A DNA stretch of 34,552 nucleotides from Catajapyx aquilonaris (GCA_000934665.2 JYFJ02004148.1:1-34552), one strand, 5' to 3'. Counted from the stretch's first letter, positions 1 through 11,582 are shown. Program-made: numbers and translations. The notes: a model not told the origin generated them from the letters alone.

Positions 1-1375
1 TTGATGCAACAGAGTGATGGAATGTATGTTTACAGGCATGGGCTAGCTAGTTATGAACAAAAATCCCAAATCCCAGACCAAGGCTAGTTCCCCATTCCAC
101 GCGTTACGTACAGACAATCGGAAGTTGTATTGAGGTATTTAGGAGTCCACCGCGGCTAGGTACTTGCCGTAATAGATTAACTGTTATGAAAATCAGATGC
201 AGCGCAGAAATGTGAAGGTGAGGGACATCATGGAAATTTCATTCGATGGCCATCCACGCATGTGCGATTGTCTGAAATCTCGTTACGTACAATCCGTCAT
301 TGGACACCAGTTTCTGGGGTATATGCAACTGGGGGGAAACTCTGCGAAATTTGACAGCACAGGTTTCGAAGCTCAAGTGCATGTGGGGCAGTAGGGTGCG
401 AGGAACCTCATCATGCCATTAGATTGGGAGAATTCTCATTTTGAACGTGAAAACATTTGAGATATCCACCCGTTACGTGCCACCGGGCATCGTTACGTAC
501 AACCTACAGCAATTACTGGGAGCAGCATAAATTTTTGGAGATTGGAATGTCTGTGAATTCATAATCTTATAATGGCTCCGCTGCACTGAAATAGGAACTA
601 GGTCAGTTTTTGTCCTTTCGATACCTTTTTGTGTGGCTGTGGAAGGTCACACATTCATGAATACAGCAAAGTGATTGCACAGGTCGATGTTGCATTTTGT
701 GCCCTTGAATTATATGAAAACGTCTGTCTCTCTTCCTTTCACATATCGGTACAGCGAATAACCAGCTGGCAATGCGCATTAGCCGAACGGATATCACAGA
801 GCGCACGCTTAGATACTCTGGGAATAATACTGTGTTGTTGGGAATGATACTGTCACAAACTAACATGTCTAAGGAAACCATGGTCCACATGCTATCGGTT
901 TTAGTCACTCAGATTCCAACTGCGTCAAGATGTAAGAACCGCACCCCAAGTCCGCTCTTTCGTGGAATTGCCCAGAAACAATGGATTCTGTCTTTTGTGA
1001 CTGTTTTATGTGTGTATAACTGATAGACGAGACCGCGCATGTCCGTGAGACTGCCCGCCATGTCAAGTTTCAGACTTCCGGTGAGGTCCTGTGACCTTGA
1101 GTCCCACGTGGTTGACCTTAGCGACCCATAAAACCCCTAAAACCACACCTCACTTGCCACATTTATGATAAAAATTCGCGAATACCTTGTAAATCCGGGA
1201 AATTTCGTAACTTGGGACCCCATCTTGTTTTTGGATCACAAGGACCCAAAATGCAGGGTTCTAACATTTATTTTCGAAATCAGTGGGGTCGAATTAGTCT
1301 AAAAAGGCTTGGTTGTAACTTGTTTCCAATTCTGCTTCCAACATGAACGATGCGAGATTTGGCGCCTGGTCTAAT
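1..1375. mobile_element. Probable truncated DNA transposon remnant
   Basis: CGTTACGTAC motif at 102, 281, 471 (variant) and 491; TTCGAAATCAG subterminal-type motif (~1272) shared with the MITE at 8087. Boundaries uncertain. Confidence 0.3.
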
Positions 1376-1649
1376 TTAGCCGCACATGCGTTCCTTCAAA
1401 TGCGATTTATTTCTTAACCAGACAAATTACTCCGGGGTTATATTTTTTATGTCAAGGAAAGGGTCTAAGCTAGAACACATTTTAAAATCAGATTTTTAAA
1501 TTGGGAGGTAATTTTTCAAAAAAAAAAAAAAGTGAAATTGTCAAATTGTAACAAAATTTTCAAAAAAGTCAAGATACGAATCTTAATCATTCAGATAGAT
1601 TGAGCTCTCGAATCATATAACCTCTGGCCAACCACAGGCCAGTCATTCA

Positions 1650-1940
1650 AGAGACAATGTCAGGCATGTCACCCAGGGTCCCCTACATGGTTGCCTCCCC
1701 CACCCTAACCAGGGTATTGTCTTCACATAGTCCTTATGCAATCTAGTTCCAATATGGCCGCCCCATGCTGCAGGATAGGGAATTGGCAAGTGATTCGTTT
1801 TTGTTTCTTTCAATTGTTTTTTTTCCTATGCAATTTTCCGATCTGGTTTAGTTCCAATATGGCGGAGAGACAATACCCTGTCTAGGTGGGGGTGGCACTC
1901 ATGTAGGTGACCCTGATGTCACCCACCTGACACTGTCTCT
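1650..1940. mobile_element. Degenerate foldback MITE
   Basis: GAGACAATGTCAGG..CAGGGTC..CCTACATG..CCCCACC..CAGGGTATTGTC pairs with GACAATACCCTG..GGTGGGG..CATGTAGG.GACCCTG..CCTGACACTGTCTC. Confidence 0.55.
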
Positions 1941-2326
1941 CACCTGCAGGATGTGGGACAGGGAGGGCATGACCAGGCGTGACCTGCTCTTTCACACTCA
2001 GCCAAATAAATAGCATTCGATTGTCCCTCACCAAAAACAGATGAATGGTGGGTGCCAATGTGGTCCATGCCACATGCAATGCAATCTCTATAGAACCTGA
2101 CTCCTCATTGCCCAGTGAAACAGTGACTCAAGTTAAATAGAATTGGAGAATTTTCAGTGTAAAAATTATCATTTTCCCTCATAAACAGATTATTTAAAAA
2201 TACTTTATGCATAACTGCCAGGCTGTAACTCATGTTTCAAGACCCGATTAGGATAAGTCACGACCTATGCAAGGTGGTGGGGGCGAGTTACAAGGTGTTC
2301 CCCCCCCCCCCTCCCCAACTCCCTTA

Positions 2327-2429
2327 GGGCCAGTTGTATGAACATGAGTTAAGGTTAATTATCCAGTTACATCTATAAGAAAACAATAGCTCCATAGTTA
2401 ACCTTAAATCATGTTCATATGAGTGACCC
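2327..2429. mobile_element. Short Harbinger-like MITE
   Basis: tta-GGGCCAGTTGTATGAACATGAGTTAAGGTTAA ... TTAACCTTAAATCATGTTCATATGAGTGACCC-ttg. Confidence 0.5.
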
Positions 2430-2899
2430 TTGGTAATGCTGTTCAAACCCAGGTTTGGGTATAGGCAGCAGCTGTCTAACTTGGGAGTCCCCGCCTCCCT
2501 CACTCTCAGCCAATGGTTGAAAGGCCCTAAATGGTGCCAACACACATGTACATAGAATGTGTCTTCTATTGCCATTCATGGTTTACTTTAAAATGTTTTA
2601 TGCAAGAAAAACAATTACGCGAGAAATATGTGAAAGTTTAATTGTTATCACATTAGGGCTTTAGGGGGCTGAAATCAAAGGATATGAAGCTGGGCTATGT
2701 TGTGACAGGTAGTTGTGACTGCAGCGACAGGTGAGGGAGGGAGTCGTGGCCGGCCGGTGGCAGAGGGGGAGGACAAGAGGGGGCGTTGCCAGTCAATCCC
2801 CCTCTGCCAAGTTAGAGTGCTGGCCCCTATAATAACAAACTCAGTGATGATTTACAGAGGTACACTACCAGCCCAATTTACATGCATCAGTTCAGTTAC

Positions 2900-3114
2900 C
2901 TGTTGTCACCCATCAGTGCATTCATCATTTCCCGATTGTGGTTGTGGTGGTTGTGATGATGGTGATGGTGGTTGTGAAGGTGGTGATTGTTGTTGTTGTT
3001 GTTGTTGTTGTTATTGTTGCGTTGGTGTGACATGAAAGGTGTCATGTCCAAGTGTTCAGGAAAGGAAATGAAAGTTGATATCTTCTTGTGAAAACGACTG
3101 GAATGTTCAAAACG
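2900..3114 (-). CDS. USP22: USP22 exon 7 (with poly-Asn/His insert)
   Basis: tttcag|CGT: RFEHSSRFHKKISTFISFPEHLDMTPFMSHQR(N)n(H/N)n...MGDN; donor AG|gtaact; 215 nt, phase 2. The next expected YSLFAV...GHY...CDD exon was not found in 1-2899. Confidence 0.93.
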
Positions 3115-3220
3115 CTGAAACAAGGAAAACAACATGATAGACAATAGCCCAATATGTAGATGAACATGCTAAAATGGGTTGTTGTGGCATTAGTCATGCA
3201 CAATATGAGGTAACAAAGTA

Positions 3221-3646
3221 GGGGTAAACCATACAGGTATGGGCCACCATACAGTAATGAGCCACTTACAGTAATCTCATTCATATTAACGTGTGTAGTG
3301 AAAGTAGTGATCATTTTTGCCCATGGGTGGCTGCACTGCATTGTTGGACGAACATTGTGTACAATTTTTTCCCAGTTGGACTTTCATCAAGGTCGCCAGA
3401 GCCTTGCGTATCTGGGTCACTTCCAGAAGGGTCACTTGCTTAAGTAGTCAGTAAGGAGTAGCACAGTAGCTAGTGATAAGTTACAAGGGTTTTCATCACT
3501 CCAGGTTGCCGATGTCAATTTGCATGGCTAGGGTAGACTCATATTTTGTAGATAATGGTGAGTCTGTATAGATAGCATGAGTAGAAGGGGGTGGCCCACA
3601 ACTGTGTGGATCAAAACCATCACTTTACAGTAATGGGCATACCCCA

Positions 3647-3681
<35 letters not shown>

Positions 3682-4809
3682 ATAGATAAATAAATAAAAT
3701 AAGTCAGCCATAATATGATTTTACACATGGTTAGAACACATGACACACCTGGACATGATATTTTGCCTTTACACATACATATAACGGTTTTCAGTTACCA
3801 GGACACTTGGCTTCAGCACCTGTATATTTCCACCTACACTTAGCTTGCTTCATTTTATCCAATAGTGCCCCTAGACCCTACCCAACATGATGGAATAAGG
3901 GGAGACAGGGAGGTAGACACCTCCAAAAGTGGGCAGGTAGGTGAATGTGACAATCATGAAGGAATTTCAGGTGAGAAAGTCATCTGTTCTTAACGAAATT
4001 CTTTGCTTGGCAGGCAGGTTGGGTAATTCCGTAGTACATCCATCTTTCACTCAAATGACGACAGAGGCTCGGGGATGACCATTAAAACTTGAAAAACTGC
4101 TGAGACAGTAGGAAACAGTGCTGGGCAACACCGTGCACTGTGAAAGTGCGGCAAACAACAATCGAGTCCCTACAATTCGGCCCCTGCCACACTAGATGGA
4201 AATTCCGTCGCGGTCCGTTCAAAAATGTCAAACACACGGAAGTAAACGGGATTCCGTCGGGATGAGACACACATGACGGATTTTCCGTCCTTCTGTTGGG
4301 CACCAGCCGAAGACACAGCGGAAAAAATCGGCCGCCGATTCTGTCGGGGACAATAATCCCATTGCAATACATAGATTCCGCCGGGGAAAGCCACACTATG
4401 ATGGAAAAAGGGGGTTCGCAGGCATGGAAACCAGGGGATTGGTAGCTGAAAGGGCCGCAGGGCAGCATCACAGTCGACTGAAAAAGTTGCAAAATCATTC
4501 GGCGACAGAATTTCCATCGCGGAAATTCCATCTAGTGTGGCCAGGCCATTAGGTGGCCCACCACTGTCCCAAAGGCGGCCCATAACTGTGAAAAGTGGCC
4601 CATTACTGTACTTTTGTGACTATTTTGGAATTTTCATTACCAAAAATTACAGTAAAGGAGAATTTCAAAATTACAGTTGCTCCTTCAAAGAGAACATTCT
4701 GAAGACCAGAAAAAAATATAATAAAACTGCAGATGTAATTACTGTGGGTCATGTGACAATGTGAACTTGGAAAATTTCTTAAGTGGCCCATAACTGTATG
4801 GTTTACCCC
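3221..4809. mobile_element. Degenerate Fot1/pogo-like non-autonomous DNA transposon filling USP22 intron 6
   Basis: TA-GGGGTAAACCATACAGGTATGGGCCAC ... GTGGCCCATAACTGTATGGTTTACCCC-TG. The GTGGCCCA-x-x-ACTGT motif recurs at ~3591, 4553, 4576, 4596 and 4783. Confidence 0.7.
4179..4547. mobile_element. Harbinger-like MITE nested in the intron-6 element
   Basis: GGCCCCTGCCACACTAGATGGAA ... TTCCATCTAGTGTGGCCAGGCC inverted ends; CpG-rich interior. TSD not clean. Confidence 0.7.
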
Positions 4810-4821
4810 TGTATACAATAC

Positions 4822-5068
4822 CTTCAGGTGAAAGCTGGCAACTACTGGTAAAGTTTTCATTGTGAGCTGCTTGGTCGATTCCTGATAACTCTGACAGCTG
4901 CTACACTTGATCTTTGCGGAAGACCCTAAATACTCTGGCCGAGTGAAGCGCTCCAGGCAGTCCATCAATGATGTTGGCTCTGCTTCTCCCTTGTCTCCAT
5001 TAGCACTGGGAGAGGGCCCCAGGTCCAATGAAATGTCCCAAAATGGGTCAATGGTCGTTGAGACACCA
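4822..5068 (-). CDS. USP22: USP22 exon 6
   Basis: tttcag|[20 protein letters not shown]...[49 protein letters not shown]; donor AAG|gtattg; 247 nt. Confidence 0.97.
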
Positions 5069-5252
5069 CTGAAAGAAAAAGCACTTGTTGCTGTGGTTAT
5101 TATGTAAGGTGTTACAGCTCTGAACAAGGGTTATCACTGTCAAATTGTTGAGTACAATCATTCCACTATAGAACCTCACTGAATTTAACTATACCGATGG
5201 AAAATGCCGTTAGTTGGATCTGTACCTAGGCAGTGGTGGAAGCCATAGAGCA

Positions 5253-5563
5253 GGCCCCGGTCACTCCTTCCCTTTTTGTGTGAGCTTAGCTCTTCTCCCC
5301 CACTAAGGGGGCTTTGCCAAGGTGGTGCTAGTCTCAGTACCAAAGATGAGTGGCGCCATGCGTAGCGGCAATTCTGAACCAACCATAGAGACGTCAACAC
5401 CCTGGCAATGATGATGCAAACTGGTTCAGAATTGCCCGCTAGGTAAGGCGCCACTCATCTTTAGTACCGAGACTAGCTCCGCTGTGGCAAACCCCCCTTG
5501 GTGGGGGAGAAGAGCTGAACTCATATGGGGAGCAATGTATAAGGTATACGAGTGACCGGGGCC
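5253..5563. mobile_element. Foldback MITE in intron 5
   Basis: GGCCCCGGTCACTC ... GAGTGACCGGGGCC ends; inner arms CTAGTCTCAGTACCAAAGATGAGTGGCGCC / GGCGCCACTCATCTTTAGTACCGAGACTAG. Confidence 0.7.
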
Positions 5564-5769
5564 TCCCATTAGACTCAAGGAGTGTCAATGTCATGTCAAT
5601 GTCATGTATGGCTGCAGAGATGCTCAATATGAAATATGATTAAAAATAGCATGTTTATTTACATTTAGTAGAATAAGCCAAAGCAGGTACTGTACAGTCA
5701 AGAGGAAACCCATTGTGGACAATGAGCAATTTGGAAGAATAAAATGTTTGCTGGAGTGGTGAAAGGTTG

Positions 5770-5978
5770 TAACAACAACAACACCATCCCGACATTTCCT
5801 TATAAGGGGTAGTCAGCGATGACGGGAGCCACAAGCTAACCCAAAATATGAACTAAATTAAAACTTGTAAAAATCAGCCTATAAACAACCCATCCGGCCC
5901 CCCCACCCCTGCCCATTTCAGACGACAAACTCTCAATATTAAATTTTAAATTTCAATATTACACGACTATGCAACGCG
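5770..5978 (-). mobile_element. 5'-truncated RTE-clade LINE 3' UTR copy
   Basis: Reverse complement of the 24380-24535 and 24575-24706 sequences (CATCGCTGACTACCCCT.ATA.GGAAATGTC plus a (GTT)n tail). Confidence 0.7.
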
Positions 5979-6805
5979 GTACTTGAGAAATCCCCCGAAA
6001 GAGGAATCAGCAACTGTTAAATTCCTCCAAGTGACTAGAATAAAATAATCCTGAAAGGTTGTAGATTAGGTAATAATGGAGTAATGCATTTTTAAAGGAA
6101 TTAGAGCATGTTCAGCCTCATAGTAAATGTGGAATTGTACGATCTAATCATTCTCAATAATATTTCACCTACTACTGTCAACAATGTTTGTTTGCATGTC
6201 CGCTGGACGTTATCTCTCTCCCCACTGGGTGCACCACCTCTCTGACTACATCCCTGCTTACTTAGCCCCCCTTCCCACACACCTTCCACCACCTTACGCT
6301 AGAGGGTGCTCCACACGCTGCCAGGTGGACCTCCCGTACAGTTACTGCTCGATACAGGTACCCTTACCCACCACAAGCCCGGTTAATGCACCGTAGGTGC
6401 ATTAACAGGCTTGTAATATATATGGCAACAAAGTAATGTTGTGGAGGTTTTTTGTAAATGGACATGACAAACCTAACTCTACAGTATAGTACAGTGCATT
6501 TCAACATTTAGCTCACAAATTTGTGGACACTTGCTCCTGCTAATACATTTACAAATGGAATCATACATATTGTTGGAAAACTCATTAAATGAGGTGTCCA
6601 ACAATGCATCATCCCTGCCAAACTAGCAGCTATCTGAATATATAGATGAGCTGCAACTTGCCAGTAGCTCCTACTCTCACAAGTGGGATTAAGGCACATT
6701 GAAAGGGCAGTGGAAGTAGGCAAATCAAAATTATTGCCAGGAACTGTATTTAATCCCAGCATTTGTGCAGAACTTGTGTGCATCATTAATATGAGAATTT
6801 CTTAC

Positions 6806-7056
6806 TTGCATGCTTGGCACACCACATCTGATTGAAGTCCACCTGTAAAGATCTGATCAATGATGCAGTTGCAATGGTGAGGATTTGGGCTTGAGGTAGA
6901 GTTAGTTCCTTTGCAATGCCGATGAAGAACATCCAGAGCAGCAATGAAGAATTCATGAGCATCCTGCTGCTCATAGCCAGCCAAGTGGCGTGCATGGGTC
7001 CAGATTAGATGCAACAACTTATGCAAAATCAGGGGAGCCTTGTTTCCCGAGTAAAA
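6806..7056 (-). CDS. USP22: USP22 exon 5 (QQDAHEF box)
   Basis: ttttcag|[51 protein letters not shown]...[14 protein letters not shown]; donor AA|gtaaga; 251 nt, phase 0 to 2. Confidence 0.97.
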
Positions 7057-7118
7057 CTGAAAATAATCACAGGATAAAGTACAGTCAATCGATATATGTC
7101 AAATGCGCATCATCATAC

Positions 7119-7291
7119 CTCTTGAAACAAACGGGATACTTCACACACTAGGCAGCGCCCTGGTTCATCCCGAAACTGGCATATGTGTCTGTCAGCAAGA
7201 AAAAAGTCTCGCAACAGAGGGGTATGTGTCAATGCCTGTACAATGCAATTCATGAAACATGTGTTGCCTAAATTGATCAGGCCTCGCAATC
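7119..7291 (-). CDS. USP22: USP22 exon 4 (catalytic Cys box)
   Basis: tttcag|[38 protein letters not shown]...LFQE; donor GAG|gtatga; 173 nt. Confidence 0.97.
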
Positions 7292-7354
7292 CTGAAATAG
7301 ATGGACAATGCAATTAATATATCGTTCAGCAAGCACAAAAGGTGAGTCTTGTAC

Positions 7355-7570
7355 CAATGGTTGAGTTTTCTTTGATCCGTTTTCTTCTTGGATTTCGCTT
7401 GAGAAGATCAGCTTCGAAATAGTTTGGTTCCCATGTTTTGTAAGAACCTCGGATCCCAAGAGATATGGTGGCCCGTGCCAGATGCCGCTTGGCTATTTCT
7501 TCTAATTCCATGTCGTAAGTGTAATCCCCACACTGAAGGCAGAATATCATCCCATAGAGTAAATCCACAG
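7355..7570 (-). CDS. USP22: USP22 exon 3 (end of ZnF-UBP, linker, basic NLS-like KRNPRRKR)
   Basis: ttttcag|CT GTG: AVDLLYGMIFCLQCGDYTYD...WEPNYFEADLLKRNPRRKRIKENSTIG; donor G|gtacaa; 216 nt, phase 1 to 1. Confidence 0.95.
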
Positions 7571-7644
7571 CTGAAAATATACATTGCAAGAATGCTCAAA
7601 TACTGATTATTCAATAACACTTTAAAAATATATGAAAGACATAC

Positions 7645-7777
7645 CCAAATAGTGCTTTTTTATCCTGGCATGCTCCTGAATGTGTCCAGCTCCATAGCAG
7701 CCAAAAAAAATGCAGTGCAAGCAAGAGTGAAGTCGTGGTCCGTGATTTTTGCATGTGTGGCAGAAGCAAGATTTGGC
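7645..7777 (-). CDS. USP22: USP22 exon 2 (ZnF-UBP)
   Basis: cag|GCC AAA: AKSCFCHTCKNHGPRLHSCLHCIFFGCYGAGHIQEHARIKKHYL; donor G|gtatgt; 133 nt, phase 0 to 1. Confidence 0.95.
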
Positions 7778-8086
7778 CTGCAAGAGATGTATAACCCACA
7801 TCAAACAAAGGATTCCTGCAAATAAGTCATTTTTCAATAATTCACTTCCCAATTTGCTATTTGCATATTCTCCTCTTGGTTATAATTCTCAAATTCTCTA
7901 AGCCACACACCTAGGTGCATCAAGAGGGAGCAGTTTAAGAACTTCCCAAATAGTCACCAAATCCCTATTTCTTGTGCTGCGCATCCTCTAATGACAGGGT
8001 CTCTGATTTCAGCAGCAGGCTACCTCACCAATCATCTCATAAACCTCCACAAAATATTAAGGACTAAAGTGTGTCATAACCAATAA

Positions 8087-8415
8087 GGGGTCGTCCATAT
8101 ACCATGTGACCGTTTTGGGGGGAAGGGGGGGGGGGNCATATGGGAGCTTTTGCAGATGCACATGGGTTCAAAATAACCTAAAATTCGAAATCAGCAACCC
8201 CGAAAACATGGGGAGACATGTTTTTTACGTGCTTAAACAATTTAGTTGAGGAGCTATCAATTTCAATTGCGTTTTTTCTGTTAATATTGACATTTTTTAA
8301 AAACCACGTGAAAAAGGGGGGGGGGGGGGTTCCAATAGATACCACGGTCGGTCACTGGGGGGGAGGGGGGTCAAAAAATGGCCAAAAATCAGTCACGTGG
8401 TATATGGACGACCCC
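8087..8415. mobile_element. PIF/Harbinger-like MITE
   Basis: TAA-GGGGTCGTCCATATACCATGTGAC ... GTCACGTGGTATATGGACGACCCC-TAA (3-bp TAA TSD). Confidence 0.85.
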
Positions 8416-8537
8416 TAAGCCATAATAACCCAGATTCTTTTCAGTATTTAGTAGGCCTATACACTCGTAGAATCCAGAAAATAACCCACATTATAGTTAG
8501 ATCATGGCTTAATTAAGCTCATAAAAGACATGGCCTA

Positions 8538-9817
8538 CGTGATGTGGCTAAAATGTTCTGTGAATGTTCAGATATGTGGGTTGTTTCATAGTCATTGCGC
8601 GTATTTTTCTATTCTTAACCGGTAACACATACAGAGATGACCTTTGCTGAAGTTTGAAGCTCCGGCGATTACATTTTGATCTGATATAAAGATGTCGCCC
8701 ATATCACGCGGGGGGCGGGGAAACAAAGGGGGTCATGACCCCCCCACCACCACCACACTAAGACAGCCCGAGCCTCACGCGCTTGGAGCTGTTGAATGTT
8801 GCATGCGGGACACTTGGAGATGGACAACAAGGGAGCTTGCTTTCGAGTGTGGGACAAGTCCGAGCACTATGACCGAAGCCATCGCCACAAGCAATTGTTT
8901 TAAAAAAACCATCGCCCTCACTGCGATCGAGTTCCAAGGGAGGGCAATCTCAAAGAGATGGTGAGGAACCGGTGAGGATACAAACTTCCTGAGAACTTCG
9001 AGTCTTTCAGAGTCTTAAGCATAGTGCTCCGACTTGTCCCACACTCGAAAGCAAGCTCCTTTGTTGTCCATCTCCGAGTGTCCTGCATGCAATGTCCAAC
9101 AGATCCAACCGTGTCAGGCTCGGGCAGTCTTAAGGCGATGGTGCGGTCATGACTCCCCTTTGTTTCCCCGCACGATATGGGTGACATACATATGCCAGAT
9201 CAAATTGTAACCGCAGGAGCTTGAAAACTCAGCAAAGGTCATCTCGGTATGTGTTACCATTTTAGAATAAAAAAATATGTGTAATGACTTATGAAACAAC
9301 CCACGTATCTAAAAAATGCATTACATACGACAAGTTTGAGAATGAGTATGGACATCCAGGACATGTCTAGAAACATCTCCTAGTGTGGAGTATGCATAGC
9401 CACAAGTGCACTGCCACTGCAGTAATTCGAGAGCAGTCTGTGTGAGAAGGGGTGTCAAGCAGCAATAGAGCAAAGGCAGAACATTAAGTTCTACTTCAAA
9501 TTGGGGTAAACCAGTCATACACACATTTTCTGGTCAGAGCATCCTTCCTGTACACTTTGATCAACATTTTGTCTCTCTCCATTTCTGTTTTCCCCAATTG
9601 GAAGCTGAACAATGTTGTGTCGTTGCTCCATTGCTGTGTGATGCCACTTCTCACACAGACGGCGCTTGAATGGCGGTGCACTTACCGTCACACATACTCC
9701 TCTCTAGGAGGTGCATCTAGGCATGTCCCTGGATGTCTGTGCTTATGCCCAAACTTGTCACATGCATTGCATTTTTGAGACATCTGAACATTCACTGAAA
9801 GTTTTAGCCACAACACG
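8538..9817. mobile_element. Mariner-derived foldback MITE (outer)
   Basis: TA-CGTGATGTGGCTAAAA..GTGAATGTTCAGAT ... ATCTGAACATTCACTGAAAGTTTTAGCCACAACACG-TA. Arms 9310-9500 and 9600-9817 carry mariner N-terminal remnants on opposite strands: EQRQNIKFYFKLG (+) and FQLGKTEMERDKMLIKVYRKDALTRKCVYDWF (-). Confidence 0.85.
8575..9305. mobile_element. Mariner-derived foldback MITE (inner, nested at a TA)
   Basis: TA-TGTGGGTTGTTTCATA ... TATGAAACAACCCACG-TA, with arms of about 290 bp. Both arms encode a second-HTH remnant, RWTT(R/K)ELAFECGTS.ST. Confidence 0.85.
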
Positions 9818-11292
9818 TATATACCAACCTTACACCCTGCAATCAAAAAGTGTGCTGACAAAAACTTTTACATTTTAAAAATTATACTGTGTTCCATAGC
9901 TCACATAATTTAGCTCACATCAGTATTGGTTGAAATCTCATGGACTCTCATGTATTCAGCTGGTATTCCTGAGTTTGCCTAATTTTAGTAGGTCAGTATA
10001 ACCGAACACGCATCTTCCCCACGCAGTCCATCAGCAACTCCCTCTCTCTTTCCTCTCCCCTTTTCCTCCCCTGCAGGATGCCAACAGGTCTTTTGGATGT
10101 GCGTGACATTTCTACCAATATGGATGCAAGCTAAATTATTGAACACATGGTATTCAGTTGGGGCATGGACAGGAATCAGGGCATCATCCTATTAAAATTC
10201 CTCAAATTGGAATATTCAGAGAGAAAAAAGGCAAATTATGTTACATTGAGTTCAAGTTTTGATTTCACATTCACAAACATCTTGTATGGCTGGCTTGTAG
10301 ATTTCACCCAGCCCCCAGACACTTCCATCCCAGCCCAATAGAAAAGGCTGTACCGTTATCTCTTTCCACCCAGGCGCTAGTGTATTCCCACTGGAATACT
10401 ACTCACTGCATCATAACGACTGGTGACCCTGACGGTACAACTCTGCATTAACACGTGTTACCAATAGCGCTACACCAAGATGGCTGCCAGATGCACCCAG
10501 CGAGTAGTTTTCCACACTGTGATTCCATTGCAGAAAGACTAGCGCCAATGTGGGAAGGGTTAACGGCACGCAGGATGGCGGCGAGAGTCTCAATCTATTC
10601 TTCTAAGGCCGTGATTTCACTCAACAACCCACCCCAGTCAGGTCATGAAGCCAGTGGTGGACAACTAGTGATTTGCATCCCAAATTTGCATGTTTGGCTC
10701 TCTACCAAGAAGTACCAAGCAGGTATGGCAGTAACAGGATATTTTTCCATGTAAAATGCAGTCAGTGTTATTCAGAGTGTAACAAGGTATTAATGAATCA
10801 GTCATTTATGGTAATGATTCAAATGATAGTGTTACAAGGCATCAATGAATTAGTGATTTATGTAAATACCAGTTGAATTACATTACGTGCTTTCTTCTTC
10901 TATCCTCACTTAGGCAGATATTCAGTAGGTAGTGAAGCATAATGCAGACAATAGTTCAAGACTAGACAGCCCTGAAGGTATTCCTCTATTACAGTACTAG
11001 TATTGTCCACAGCTCTTTTCTTTGCGTAACTTTTTGTGCCCCAATCCAGGAGTCCAATTATTCTCAGGTGGTCTAATATAGCAGTAGTTATATTCCACTC
11101 TCCAGGTGCCTCATTACTCCCAGGTGGTTGAATATAGCAGTTTCAATATAATAGGCCACCTGGATTGGGGCATAAGCTACAAAAAATAACACCTTTGTGT
11201 GAAATTTTCTGTAACTAAAGCGACCCACATACAGTGGAGCATCGATTATCCAAACCATGGTTTTAGAATACTTAGGTCACTCCCACCTACCC

Positions 11293-11582
11293 CCTGCCGG
11301 GGCGTTTTGCATGGGGTGCTCACCTGAGAGCGCCATGAGACATCTCAGAGCAGGACTATGTGGCGACCCTACCGGACTAGGCTGACTTTAATAGCTACAA
11401 AAGGGAGGTGCTACATGTGGACCCAACATGGCCGCCGGCGACCATGTTGGGTCCCCCAATGTAGCGCTTCCCTTTTGTACCTATAAAGCTCAGCCTAGTC
11501 CGGTAGGGTCGCCACATAGTCCAGCTCTGAGATGTCTCATGGCGCTCTCAGGTGAGCACCCCATGCAAAATGCCCCGGCAGG
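11293..11582. mobile_element. Near-perfect ~290-bp hairpin MITE
   Basis: CCTGCCGGGGCGTTTTGCATGGGGTGCTCACCTGAGAGCGCCATGAGACATCTCAGAGC... is mirrored almost base for base; the centre is CCCAACATGG.CGCCGGCG.CCATGTTGGG. Confidence 0.85.

Noticed and set aside
603..908. 101-aa minus-strand ORF with a cag acceptor-like site, as a possible final USP22 exon
   Set aside because: No YSLFAV, GHY or CDD motifs were found in the frames examined.
2715..3035. Cys-rich plus-strand ORF resembling a metallothionein
   Set aside because: It is the antisense reading of the (AAC)n/(CAY)n repeat in USP22 exon 7.
4082..4583. 149-aa and 137-aa ORFs
   Set aside because: They span a GC-rich MITE and show no recognisable protein motif.
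8115..8140. N bases within poly-G runs (also ~12009)
   Set aside because: Assembly ambiguity in homopolymers, not biology.
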